NCBI GenBank assembly: GCA_963762565.1
Contig: CAVXLD010000001.1
Location: forward strand, 992,001-1,056,000
Source of the DNA: an uncultured Verrucomicrobiae bacterium
Lineage (GTDB): Bacteria; Verrucomicrobiota; Verrucomicrobiia; Chthoniobacterales; JAFAMB01
Direction of reading: 5' to 3'
DNA length: 64,000 nt
This document shows, piece after piece, positions 19,797 to 29,386 of this stretch. Both the position numbers and the translations under genes were made by a program. Numbering within the stretch: the first letter of the stretch is position 1; every line of letters begins with the position of its first letter. The notes beneath the pieces are model-generated. The model had not been told where the DNA came from. It searched no databases and saw only the letters and a list, made by a program, of their open reading frames with translations.

Positions 19797-21347
19797 ATGA
19801 CCCCCAACAAATTCGACGTCGCCGCTGTCCGTGACGAAGTCTTCGCCAGCCTGCGCCTGACTCAAACCGAAAACGGCGCCTTCTTCGGCACATGGGCCGG
19901 AAACGGGCCGCTACTGGAAAAACATTCTCCCATCGATGGGTCGCTCCTTGGCGCCGTGCGCCAACCTTCGGAGAAGGATTACCAGACCGCCGTGGAAGCC
20001 GCTTCGCGCGCTTTCGAAGCCTGGAAACTCTTGCCGGCGCCGAAACGGGGTGAGGTTGTGCGCCGGATTGGCGACCGGCTCCGAGCAGTTAAATCCAGCT
20101 TGGGCAAATTGGTCACCCTCGAAGCCGGCAAAATTGTGGCAGAAGGTGAAGGAGAAGTGCAGGAAATGATCGATATCTGCGACTTCGCGAACGGCCTTTC
20201 CCGGCAACTGTACGGGTTGACGATCGCATCGGAACGCCCGCAACATCGCATGTTTGAACAGTGGCACCCGCTTGGCGTCGTCGGCGTGATTAGCGCCTTC
20301 AATTTCCCAGTGGCCGTTTGGTCGTGGAACGCGATGGTCGCGGCCGTAACCGGTAATGCGGTCCTTTGGAAGCCATCGGAGAAAACGCCTTTTACCGCTA
20401 TCGCCTGCACCAAAATCACGGCGGAAGTCTGTGAGCAAGCCGGAGTAGATCCGGCAATTTTCAGCCTGGTTTGTGGTGACCGGCTCATCGGTGAGCGACT
20501 CTCCAGTGATCGCCGGATCCCCTTAGTTTCCGCCACGGGTTCGACTCGCATGGGGCGACAAGTGGCCCAATCTCTGGCGGCCCGCCTGGGTAAGAGTCTG
20601 CTCGAGCTCGGAGGCAATAACGCAATTATTGTGACGCCAAGTGCCGATCTGCGTCTGGTCCAGCGCGCGGTTCTGTTCGGCGCTGTGGGAACTGCCGGAC
20701 AACGCTGTACTACAACGCGCCGACTGATCGTCCACCGTTCGATTCTCGATGAGGTGATCCAGACGTTAAGCGCCGCTTATCGCCAGGTTAGAATCGGTAA
20801 CCCCCTCGATCCCAATACCTTGATGGGGCCTTTGATCGACCAGCCTGCGGTCGATGGCATGGAGAACGCCATCCAGCGAGCGAGAGCGGCCGGTGCAACC
20901 GTGGTATTTGGTGGTAACCGGTTACCAGCAACTGACTATCCCGGAGGGCTCTATGTTGAACCCACGATCGTACGCGCGGAACCCGAGTGGCAGGTCGTTC
21001 AAGAAGAGACCTTCGCTCCTATCCTCTACGTTTTAGCGTACGAACATCTGGACGAAGCGATCGCCATCCATAACTCCGTGCCCCAAGGACTGGCCTCCGC
21101 CATTTTCTCTAACGACATCCGCGAGACTGAAAGGTTCCTTTCTTCCATCGGCAGCGATTGCGGGATTGCCAACGTCAACATTGGCACCAGCGGCGCGGAG
21201 ATCGGTGGCGCTTTCGGCGGCGAAAAAGACACCGGAGGTGGACGAGAAAGCGGCAGCGATTCTTGGAAAGCCTATATGCGGCGTCAGACGGTGACGATCA
21301 ATTATTCGCCGGACCTCCCGCTAGCTCAGGGCATCCGGTTCGAGTAA
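19797..21347 (+). CDS. amaB: Alpha-aminoadipic semialdehyde / piperideine-6-carboxylate dehydrogenase (ALDH7/AmaB type)
   Basis: GEVQEMIDICDFA.GLSRQL, SAFNFPVAV, LELGGNNA, GTAGQRCT, GIANVNIGTSGAEIGGAFGGEK, WKAYMRR. Confidence 0.9.
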   Translation: MTPNKFDVAAVRDEVFASLRLTQTENGAFFGTWAGNGPLLEKHSPIDGSLLGAVRQPSEKDYQTAVEAASRAFEAWKLLPAPKRGEVVRRIGDRLRAVKSSLGKLVTLEAGKIVAEGEGEVQEMIDICDFANGLSRQLYGLTIASERPQHRMFEQWHPLGVVGVISAFNFPVAVWSWNAMVAAVTGNAVLWKPSEKTPFTAIACTKITAEVCEQAGVDPAIFSLVCGDRLIGERLSSDRRIPLVSATGSTRMGRQVAQSLAARLGKSLLELGGNNAIIVTPSADLRLVQRAVLFGAVGTAGQRCTTTRRLIVHRSILDEVIQTLSAAYRQVRIGNPLDPNTLMGPLIDQPAVDGMENAIQRARAAGATVVFGGNRLPATDYPGGLYVEPTIVRAEPEWQVVQEETFAPILYVLAYEHLDEAIAIHNSVPQGLASAIFSNDIRETERFLSSIGSDCGIANVNIGTSGAEIGGAFGGEKDTGGGRESGSDSWKAYMRRQTVTINYSPDLPLAQGIRFE

Positions 21348-21383
21348 GTCCGGCCTGCAGTCCTCTCGACAAGTCGATTCCGC

Positions 21384-22202
21384 ATGGACGCCGATACCGC
21401 CCGTTTCTACTCGCGCGATGGCTTACTATCGCAAATCTACGACCAACTGACGGCCGCGGAATGGGAAGCGTCCCAAAACGATGTTCCATTTTTCCTGGAA
21501 GAAGCCAGGCTCTCCGGCGGTCCTCTGCTTGAGCTCGGCTGCGGCACGGGCCGGCTATTGATCCCTCTGCTTTCGACAGGAGTTCAAGTCAGCGGACTGG
21601 ACGCCAGCGCCGTTATGCTGGAGGCCGCCAAGCGAAAACGTGACCAACTTCCTGCTGATATCGCCGGACGGTTACATCTTCACCAGGGCAACATGTCGGA
21701 GTTCGAACTCGGGCAACAATTCGCTTTGATTTTGGTCGCTTTCAGATCATTCCAGCTTTTGTTAACTCCTGAAGCACAGCGGTCCTGTTTAATTTGTATC
21801 GGCAGGCATCTGGTTCCGAAAGGTAGAGCGATTATTAACCTGTTCGATCCGCGCTACGATTTAATCACCGCGGGGACACAAAAGAGCGTTTCGTCACCCA
21901 AAGATCTTATTCACCCTCTTTCCGGGAATCATATACTGGTGGAGACTTTGGAGCGCGAGAACGATCCGTTGACTCAAACCTTCAAAGAGCGGTGGCGCTT
22001 CACCGAAACCGATTCTAGGGGAGCATTGGTTCTGCAGGAAGAAGCACAACTCCAAATGCGTTGGACCTTCCGCTACGAAATGCGCCACCTGGTCGAGAGC
22101 TGCGGCTTCGTCGTTGAATCCGAGTACTCGGATTTTCGCCGTTCTGCTCCTCAATATGGCAAGGAACAAATCTGGGTCCTGAGGCACGGCACCGAACACT
22201 GA
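21384..22202 (+). CDS. Class I SAM-dependent methyltransferase
   Basis: LLELGCGTGR, GLDAS, QGNM, HLVPKGR. Confidence 0.88.
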   Translation: MDADTARFYSRDGLLSQIYDQLTAAEWEASQNDVPFFLEEARLSGGPLLELGCGTGRLLIPLLSTGVQVSGLDASAVMLEAAKRKRDQLPADIAGRLHLHQGNMSEFELGQQFALILVAFRSFQLLLTPEAQRSCLICIGRHLVPKGRAIINLFDPRYDLITAGTQKSVSSPKDLIHPLSGNHILVETLERENDPLTQTFKERWRFTETDSRGALVLQEEAQLQMRWTFRYEMRHLVESCGFVVESEYSDFRRSAPQYGKEQIWVLRHGTEH

Positions 22203-22413
22203 TCTAAACCAAAGATCACAAAGGCCACAAAGACGGGTTGGCAGCGAAAAAATCGTCCTCGTCCTTCGTCGTCGTCCTCGTCCTTCGTCGTCGTGCGTGT
22301 AGCAACCCCACGGAACGGCTCAAAACCGGCGCGTTCTTTCCAGCCTGAATTCAGAATCCTGGGCGCGCCGAGTTTTTCGCCCTACCGGTTTTGCAAGCCG
22401 ACGACCCCACTTC

Positions 22414-23307
22414 TCACCTCTCACTTCTCACTGTCCCCACCTGCGGTTCAGCGCTCTGTCGGGCCAACAGCATCGTCTTTTCAATCCAAGTCAGATAGTC
22501 TTCCAAGACACGAGTTCGGCTTTTCTCGTTGTGCAGCTCGTGCAGGAGCCCATCATAGACTATGAGATCTTTGGCCGGAGCCTTGAGGCGTTCGTAAAAT
22601 TCAATTGAGGCTTCAACGGATGTCACGGGATCAGGTCGGCCTTGGGCTATCAACACCGGAGCGTTAGCGCGAGGATCGGCTGACAATCGGCGGGCTTCGG
22701 CGCTTATCTCGAAGAAAGTGCGTGCAGTGATAAATGTGTGACTGAGGTCCAGATCTACCAGAGAATCGAGATGAGCTTCATCGCTGGAGTTCTGGCTCCG
22801 CTTGAGCCCGGTTGGAAAGCGACACTGCGGAAAAAATTTGTTAACGAATGAAGCGAGACCCACTAGCCATGCAGCCGGCGGCTTGGTTAACGCCAGCCAA
22901 GGGCCACTGACCACGTAACCCGCGATATCAGGCTCACCTCGCGCCGCCACTGCGAGCGCTAACTGCCCACCGAAACTGTGACCGAAGATGAACAAAGGAA
23001 AAACCTTGACCATGTGGATACCGGCTCGCACGTCTTCAAGAAATTGATCGTAACGTTCCACATAACCTGGCGTCCCCCCGCTTCGCCCTTGGCCCCGCAC
23101 ATCGATCCCAATAATGTTAAAACCTGCTTTTCGAAAGAAATCGCCGACGTGGACGTAACGGCCGGTGTGTTCGCCCAATCCTGGAATCATGAGAATGGTT
23201 CCTTTCGCCGGACCCTCTATTTCCCATTCTCGGCAGAACAATTTGGTTCCATCGGTACTTAGCACATTCCGCCAGCTTGAATGATCAGGTATTTTAAATG
23301 ATTCCAT
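22414..23307 (-). CDS. Alpha/beta hydrolase (lysophospholipase/monoglyceride lipase type)
   Basis: GLGEHTGRY, DVRGQGRS, nucleophile GHSFGG, HELHNE. Confidence 0.9.
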   Translation of the reverse strand: MESFKIPDHSSWRNVLSTDGTKLFCREWEIEGPAKGTILMIPGLGEHTGRYVHVGDFFRKAGFNIIGIDVRGQGRSGGTPGYVERYDQFLEDVRAGIHMVKVFPLFIFGHSFGGQLALAVAARGEPDIAGYVVSGPWLALTKPPAAWLVGLASFVNKFFPQCRFPTGLKRSQNSSDEAHLDSLVDLDLSHTFITARTFFEISAEARRLSADPRANAPVLIAQGRPDPVTSVEASIEFYERLKAPAKDLIVYDGLLHELHNEKSRTRVLEDYLTWIEKTMLLARQSAEPQVGTVRSER

Positions 23308-23349
23308 CGACTTTTTGCGGCTATGAGCCAAACATCATTCTAGGCAGGC

Positions 23350-23730
23350 ATGCGTCTAAATAGCATCTTTGATTATTTACCGGCAGGCGGCGCGTTGGCC
23401 GATTCTAAAGATCGCTTGATTAGCGCGCGGATAAAGCAAGAACTCAATATCCAGCTAGCACGATACGGCCAAGTCTTAGATGTAAAATTAAATACTCGCG
23501 AGCAAAGCGTGGAGCTTTCGATGGCTCTGAAAGGCGAATCAGCCCCGATTACGGTTAAGATTGGCAAATACTCACTGACCAAAGAGAACGACCAGCTATG
23601 GTTGGCGGTTGATAGCCAAGCCATCGAAGCTTCTAGAGAATGGGTGGCTTTGCTGCTGCAAGATCAAGCCAGACGCCAAAAGCTGCCAATCCCGCAAAAA
23701 TACGCCTGGTTGGTGGAATTTTTGGGGTGA
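23350..23730 (+). CDS. Hypothetical protein
   Basis: Clean ATG ORF with protein-like composition, divergent from the hydrolase. Confidence 0.65.
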   Translation: MRLNSIFDYLPAGGALADSKDRLISARIKQELNIQLARYGQVLDVKLNTREQSVELSMALKGESAPITVKIGKYSLTKENDQLWLAVDSQAIEASREWVALLLQDQARRQKLPIPQKYAWLVEFLG

Positions 23731-23782
23731 ACGGGGCCGCCGGGGACCTTCGTTCTCGTCCGGTTCCAGCGTACGGATTTGC

Positions 23783-24074
23783 TCTGTGGCGCCTGGAGGG
23801 GAGCCGCTTTGGCGCCTAGCAGACGACCTCGCGATATTCGGTTCGACGTTCAGTCCAACCACGAAATGTTGCAACAGGCGGCTCCCGCGAATAACCCAGC
23901 GCGATGATCTGCCCATGGCCCCGATTCGTTTACAAACGGCCTTGGAGCGGAGAACCGTTGGGTCGTTCTCGCGAGCCGCCTGTTTTCGCACGGTTCGGAC
24001 GGGTCAGCGTTGAGAAGAATTTCGCGAGGGCGGAGAGATGAACGCCAAAGCGGCTCCCCTCCGGGCGCAACAGA
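23783..24074. repeat. REPIN-like nested palindrome, family A copy 3
   Basis: TCTGTGGCGCCTGGAGGGGAGCCGCTTTGGCG versus CGCCAAAGCGGCTCCCCTCCGGGCGCAACAGA; inner AACAGGCGGCTCCCGCGAA versus TTCTCGCGAGCCGCCTGTT; GACGAG tract follows at about 24105-24135. Confidence 0.85.
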
Positions 24075-24156
24075 CCAATTCCAAGCGCCGGGCAAGAACG
24101 TTCGAAGACGAGGACGACGACGAGAACGAGGACGATCCCCTGACCCCCCTACCCCC

Positions 24157-25041
24157 CTACCCGCGCCGAGAACGAAAAGTCAGCTCAGACACCCCAGACT
24201 TATCGATGTCGCCCAATCCAAGCTCGATCATACGGTCATATTGCCGTTTGGAAGCCTCCAGCAACGGCAGATTTAGCCCTTGCTCTTTAGCCAGAGCCAA
24301 GGCGATACCGCTATCCTTGGCGGCGTGCGCCGCAGAAAAGAACGTGCTGTGCTCGCGATCTAACATGTCCGGTCCATCGGTTTCCAGCACCCTAGAATTG
24401 GCTCCGGTTTGCGAGAACACTTCGGTAACCACTTTGAGGTCTAAGCCCAAGGCATCCGCCAACCCCAGACCCTCGGCTAATCCGGTCGTGTTGATGTTCA
24501 TCACCATGTTAACCAAGGCTTTCAACTCAGCAGCTTTTCCGGGTCCACCGACATACTTCATCTTCACGCTCAAATCCTTCAAAAGCGGCTCGGCTTTATC
24601 GATAACAGCGGGATCACCAGCCAACATGAAGAATAGTTTGCCTACTCGGGCATGAGTCACACTAGAGGCCATCGGTGCTTCGATAACCATGGCGCCAGCC
24701 TCAGTGCCTTTCTCGGCGATGGCAACGTGAACCGATGGACTGATCGTCGCGCAATTCACAAACAAACGCCCGGACGCATGCGCAAAAAGATTGTCGTCAC
24801 CAAAATAAATCTGTCGTGTGGCATTATCGTCCGTGACCACTGTGAACACAGCGTCAGCTAATTCGCTGACTCGCGACACCTGGCCGGGAGCGTCACAATC
24901 GAGCTCCTTAGCCAGTTCAACCGCGATTTCTCGATTCGAATCGAATACCGCGACCACCGGATAACCGACATCTTTTAAGCGCCGCGCCATGTTTGCCCCC
25001 ATTCGGCCGACGCCTACGAACCCGATCTTCGTGGATTTCAT
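24157..25041 (-). CDS. NAD(P)-dependent beta-hydroxyacid dehydrogenase (3-hydroxyisobutyrate DH family)
   Basis: IGFVGVGRMGANMA, catalytic K in LKALVNM, KDSGIA. Confidence 0.88.
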   Translation of the reverse strand: MKSTKIGFVGVGRMGANMARRLKDVGYPVVAVFDSNREIAVELAKELDCDAPGQVSRVSELADAVFTVVTDDNATRQIYFGDDNLFAHASGRLFVNCATISPSVHVAIAEKGTEAGAMVIEAPMASSVTHARVGKLFFMLAGDPAVIDKAEPLLKDLSVKMKYVGGPGKAAELKALVNMVMNINTTGLAEGLGLADALGLDLKVVTEVFSQTGANSRVLETDGPDMLDREHSTFFSAAHAAKDSGIALALAKEQGLNLPLLEASKRQYDRMIELGLGDIDKSGVSELTFRSRRG

Positions 25042-25131
25042 GGTGGAGAATAACCTCTAAAATAGGGTTTTTCGAGGATTCAGACGGTGTAAACAATGAG
25101 CACCCTAGTCGTGCTCTAGGAACCCAGGGCG

Positions 25132-25251
25132 GGGAGGGCGCGCGTCCCCGCGCGCCGTTCTTCGCGAAGCCCAAGGACAGACCAGATCGAGCGTTTGGCT
25201 AATTCCACGACCCAGACCAGTTCGCGGCGCGCGAGAACGCGCGGCCCTCCC
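25132..25251. repeat. REPIN-like element, family C
   Basis: GGGAGGGCGCGCGTCCCCGCGCGCCG versus CGGCGCGCGAGAACGCGCGGCCCTCCC; same left arm at 32857. Confidence 0.8.
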
Positions 25252-25260
25252 ACAATCAGC

Positions 25261-25809
25261 TCACTGAGCCGTGGGCGTCGCTGAGGCTGCCTCGCTTGCG
25301 CTCGGCGTAGCGGCCGGGCTGCTACTTGGGCTAGGAGACGGCGATGCCTGAGGAGCCTGAACACTTACACCGATCCCGTGCTGAAAGACCAAATGTCCTC
25401 CCAGTTGAGCAGCTCGTAACACGAAGAAACTCGCCACGAGCCCAGCCAGAGCGGTTAGGATGGCCACGATGCGCCGGCTTCTCCCGAAGCGGAGTAGGCC
25501 GAGTGCAATCAAAGAAAGCACCGCCGCCACAATCAATGCGATTAAGGCGTTGTCGCCCCACGTAGCATGTTCTCCCACCAGTTGCTTTTGCTCCGCGGTA
25601 AGCGTTGAGAACAACGATTCCTGTGATTCACCCGCCACCGTCGCAAACTTGGCTCCGAGGGCAGCCAGGACCAGAATGGTTGCGGTATAGAGCGGCAACC
25701 ACAGACGACGCGTGATGATCGATACCAACGCAAAGAGGGTTCCCAAGAAGGTTAGGACGATCGGTAAATGAACGATCGCAGGATGAAGCGGGTTTGGGAG
25801 TTCAAACAT
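25261..25809 (-). CDS. DUF2231-like membrane protein
   Basis: PLHPAIVHLPI, four TM segments, H in GEHA, GGHLVF.HG. Confidence 0.8.
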   Translation of the reverse strand: MFELPNPLHPAIVHLPIVLTFLGTLFALVSIITRRLWLPLYTATILVLAALGAKFATVAGESQESLFSTLTAEQKQLVGEHATWGDNALIALIVAAVLSLIALGLLRFGRSRRIVAILTALAGLVASFFVLRAAQLGGHLVFQHGIGVSVQAPQASPSPSPSSSPAATPSASEAASATPTAQ

Positions 25810-25960
25810 GGCGGCGTCTCCGTATCTCTCTTTCGTCTATCAGTTTGGCGGCTCCGGGCAAAATAAGATTTGGCAGGCCCGGGACAGGATCAATCGAGCG
25901 TAAAATAAATCGACTTTTTTTCTTTAAAAAGTGAGCTACGATTTCCGTTCTCTCAGTAAC

Positions 25961-26033
25961 GGGGTCTTAGCTCAGTTGGTAGAGCGCCTCAATGGCATTG
26001 AGGAGGTCAGGGGTTCGAATCCCCTAGGCTCCA
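25961..26033 (+). tRNA. tRNA-Ala(GGC)
   Basis: Cloverleaf with acceptor GGGGTCT/AGGCTCC including G3:U70, anticodon loop ATGGCAT and GTTCGAAT T-arm. CCA tail not encoded. Confidence 0.97.
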
Positions 26034-26215
26034 GACTTCTCAAAACCCAAGATGATCCACTCCAAGAGGGGCGAAGTCTGCCCGACATAGCCTCCTGGAG
26101 TATAAAACGACAGGGCGACGTCGGGCTTGTTGTGTAACCCCGTCGTCCAGACTCCGGAAAGCTACGGCTGGCAGGCCAAATTCAGCCGAGGCCTCACATC
26201 AACGCACTACGCCTA

Positions 26216-26782
26216 TTGACGTTTTTTCAGTTTCATTGCTACTCCGGCCCAGGCATTCTTGGACCATTGAGTGCTCCACCGCTGCCACCACCGCTACCCA
26301 CGCCACCCGCGCCGCCGTCACCGCGCACTGGACGAGTAGCAACCTGCCTGGGTTGCGCCGTGGCTCTAGCGATCGGGATAGTGGTTGCCATTATTCTTCT
26401 CGTGATCGCCGAACAAAAGATCACGGACGCGGCGCACTCCACCGAAAGCCACAACTCGGTTATTGGCTCTATTTATGTCGGCGATTGGCAGGACGTGAAA
26501 AACCCGGAAAGCGTTATTCAGATACTTCCCAACGGCTCGGCCAGTTGCCGGATTGTGAACGGGACGACCAATTATAACATCACCGGTGCCCAGGCTACGT
26601 TCGATAAGCAAACCAATCGGCTTGCCATCAAACTTTTCTTGTTCGGCCCAAGCTGGCACGTCGATGAGCCGCCACACGAAACCGCGGACGGATTAGTGAT
26701 GAAGCTCGATGGCCAGACCTTCCGGAAATTCCAGAGCTATCCTTCTCCTTCTGGCACCCAAGCGCCAGGGGTGGCAATTTAG
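26216..26782 (+). CDS. Hypothetical single-TM protein with Pro-rich N-terminus
   Basis: PPLPPPLP, then TCLGCAVALAIGIVVAIILLVI TM, then a beta-rich domain. Start uncertain. Confidence 0.65.
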   Translation: MTFFQFHCYSGPGILGPLSAPPLPPPLPTPPAPPSPRTGRVATCLGCAVALAIGIVVAIILLVIAEQKITDAAHSTESHNSVIGSIYVGDWQDVKNPESVIQILPNGSASCRIVNGTTNYNITGAQATFDKQTNRLAIKLFLFGPSWHVDEPPHETADGLVMKLDGQTFRKFQSYPSPSGTQAPGVAI

Positions 26783-26793
26783 GAGGAGTTGCA

Positions 26794-27012
26794 GGAGTGG
26801 TAGGGCGAGGCTCCGGAGAGACCGAAAAAAGAGGTTCAGGGCGAAATCACGTTTCGCCGGTATATCCGAGGCAATTGTCTAGGAGCGGCCGAGCCGTGGG
26901 TCGCGCCATTCACGGCTCGGCAACCATCAGGCCTTGCATTCGCTATATTATGGCGTGCCATTTCGCGCAGCGATCACCTCTCGAATATTCCGGAGCCTCG
27001 CCCTACCACTCC
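26794..27012. repeat. REPIN-like element, family B copy 2
   Basis: GGAGTGGTAGGGCGAGGCTCCGGA versus TCCGGAGCCTCGCCCTACCACTCC; inner CCGAGCCGTG / CACGGCTCGG. Confidence 0.87.
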
Positions 27013-27053
27013 TTCCCCTTGAACTCCTTGAACTCCTTCTCTACTGATGAACC

Positions 27054-28079
27054 GTGACCGAACGTTCAGGTATTCTCGCTGCCGGCAACTGGATTGTTGA
27101 TCACGTTAAGGTCATTGACATTTGGCCAAGCCAAGACGCATTGGCTATCATTCAGAGTGAGACTGACGGTAACGGCGGGTCTCCCTTTAATGTCCTGATC
27201 GATCTGTCGCGGTTGGGCGCGAACTTTCCTTTGCAAGCGGCCGGTATGATCGGCACGGATGCAGCCGGAGACTGGATCCTTGACGTCTGCCGGCGACATC
27301 GGATCGACGTCTCTTCAATGCATCGCACGGATGCAGCGCCCACTTCTTACACCGATGTCATGACGGTGGTGTCGACCGGCCGCAGAACCTTCTTTCATCA
27401 ACGAGGCGCCAACGCGCTTTTGAAAGGCAGCCACGTCCTACTCGAATCCTCAACGGCAAAGCTTTTCCATCTTGGTTATCTTCTGTTGCTAGATAGCCTG
27501 GATGAAGCTTGTCCAACCTTCGGAACCAAGTCCGCTGAAATACTGCACCGCGCATCGGATCTCGGTTTTGTCACTTCGGCAGATGTTGTTAGCGAAGAGA
27601 GTGATCGTTATCGCCAGATTGTTTTCCCCGCTCTACGCCATCTCGATTTGTTATTCATGAACGAGTTCGAAGCTGGACACATGGTCGATTGCCAGATTCG
27701 GGTCGGTGACGCGATCGATCGCGCCACCTTGGTGTCCACAGCGGAAACGTTGCTCAAAGCCGGTGTCCGCCAATGGATCATTATCCATTTCCCTGAAGGT
27801 ATCTTAGCGATGTCACCCAGCGGTAAGAAGCTCTATCAGCCCAGTCTGAAACTACCAGTAGACAGAATCAAGGGCGCTACCGGCGCCGGCGATGCCGTCA
27901 CTGCCGGTGTACTGTTTGGTTACTTAGAGGGCCTCCCCATGGAGACCTGCTTGCTCTACGGAGTCTGCGCCGCCGCAGCCTGCATGCTGCACCCGAGCGC
28001 TTCCGATGGAGTGCTTCCTCTCCCGAAGTGCCTAGAGTCCGTCGACGAGCTCTCGTTTCGCCCAGACCTCTTCCGATAA
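27054..28079 (+). CDS. PfkB family carbohydrate kinase
   Basis: GGSPFN, G.IGTD..G, MNEFEA, GATGAGDA. Confidence 0.9.
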   Translation: MTERSGILAAGNWIVDHVKVIDIWPSQDALAIIQSETDGNGGSPFNVLIDLSRLGANFPLQAAGMIGTDAAGDWILDVCRRHRIDVSSMHRTDAAPTSYTDVMTVVSTGRRTFFHQRGANALLKGSHVLLESSTAKLFHLGYLLLLDSLDEACPTFGTKSAEILHRASDLGFVTSADVVSEESDRYRQIVFPALRHLDLLFMNEFEAGHMVDCQIRVGDAIDRATLVSTAETLLKAGVRQWIIIHFPEGILAMSPSGKKLYQPSLKLPVDRIKGATGAGDAVTAGVLFGYLEGLPMETCLLYGVCAAAACMLHPSASDGVLPLPKCLESVDELSFRPDLFR

Positions 28080-28249
28080 CCACTGAGATCTTAGTTAAGA
28101 GGAATCTCAAGCAGCGCGGCACTCATAATCCCTATAGGTCCTATAGGTCCCATGAGTCCTATCCGTTGCCCGCCCAGCGCAAACTAACTCTGACCTGATG
28201 TTTGACGAAACGCGTGATGCTTTCAGCCCGGACGAGCAAGCCACCGTCC

Positions 28250-28984
28250 CTACCGGCCAAACAGCGCCTGGAAAAAGGACGGCCTCGATCCACCGTTGCT
28301 GGCCGCGAACCGCGTGACGGCATTACGGGTGTCGAAAGGCTTGGTGGCTATACCAGGAAAAGTTGGCATCGTGTAAGTGCGTATATCGACTACCATCTTT
28401 CCGGGCACTGGCTTCAGCGCTCGATGCTGCATGATGAATGCCGACGGCTCCTCATAGTTGGCCATGGTTCGCGTAGCCGCAGTATGAACAACCCCGATGG
28501 TGGTGTTGCGATGAATCTCAAAGTGCAGATGCGGATGGTAGAGTCCGTGAGCGTTCCCGACCAAGCCGATTTCTTGGCCTCGCGTAACCGGTTGGCCTTC
28601 GGCCACAAAAATCTTGTCTAGATGCGCGTACAAAGAATCAGCGTACTTAAGTTGGCCGCCTTCGTAGAAAGCGTGACGAATCACGATCACATTGCCCCAC
28701 GCACGTTTGAAATCTCTCGCCAAACTAACCACGCCGTTTCCGACCGCGTGCACAGGCGCTCGGTAGATTGCGCCCGGCCCGGCCGCGCTAACCCAATCTT
28801 CACCAAGGTGACCATGCACATTAAATCCGCGCGACATTTGGCACCCTTCAGCGTTTGGACCACCAACCGGAAAGTCGAACCGATCCGCAATTGACGTAGA
28901 AACCATGGTAGGATCACCAAAGGCAACCGTCGAGAACGCTAATAGGGAGGAAGCAAGTCCGATAACGAGCACTAGCCGGGACAT
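28250..28984 (-). CDS. M23 family metallopeptidase
   Basis: Signal peptide, HLGED, YAHLD, HPHLHFEI. Confidence 0.9.
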   Translation of the reverse strand: MSRLVLVIGLASSLLAFSTVAFGDPTMVSTSIADRFDFPVGGPNAEGCQMSRGFNVHGHLGEDWVSAAGPGAIYRAPVHAVGNGVVSLARDFKRAWGNVIVIRHAFYEGGQLKYADSLYAHLDKIFVAEGQPVTRGQEIGLVGNAHGLYHPHLHFEIHRNTTIGVVHTAATRTMANYEEPSAFIMQHRALKPVPGKMVVDIRTYTMPTFPGIATKPFDTRNAVTRFAASNGGSRPSFFQALFGR

Positions 28985-29221
28985 GCGGCTTGCTTGTAGA
29001 CGTGAATTAGCACATTGGCAAGGCAAAAATACAGATTTCGGACAACTCCTTCGAAGTTGGGAACACTACTCCGTCCGCAGAGCGGCTCTAGCACTTGATT
29101 CGGCCGTTCTACGTATTTTTTCAGGAAACGAAAATAATTTTGGGCCGCCCGAAGCGCAGCGCAGGCAGGACTTTAGCCCACTAGACCGAAATTACACTGC
29201 TCCAGGTGACACCTTAAGATT

Positions 29222-29380
29222 GGTAATATCCGCAGATTACGCAGATTTCGCAGATTTCGGCATCAGGCTTGGACGAGGCTCTTCTGAATAGGCACGCCTT
29301 TCTGGCTCGGTCACGTTTTCTGTAACCCCGGGCATCATATGAACCTCAAATAGAAATCTGCGTAATCTGCGGATATTACC
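29222..29380. repeat. Perfect 28-bp inverted repeat built from CGCAGATTA/T nonamers
   Basis: GGTAATATCCGCAGATTACGCAGATTTC (29222-29249) versus GAAATCTGCGTAATCTGCGGATATTACC (29353-29380). Confidence 0.85.
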
Positions 29381-29386
29381 TTCACG

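Noticed and set aside
24038..24655. 205-aa plus-strand ORF with an EDEDDDENEDD tract
   Set aside because: It is antisense to the dehydrogenase, and the acidic run is the GACGAG repeat read in frame.
25931..26137. 68-aa ORF
   Set aside because: It overlaps the tRNA-Ala gene and is a shadow ORF.
25961..28100. Genomic island integrated at tRNA-Ala
   Set aside because: I saw no integrase and no duplicated tRNA 3' end in the window.
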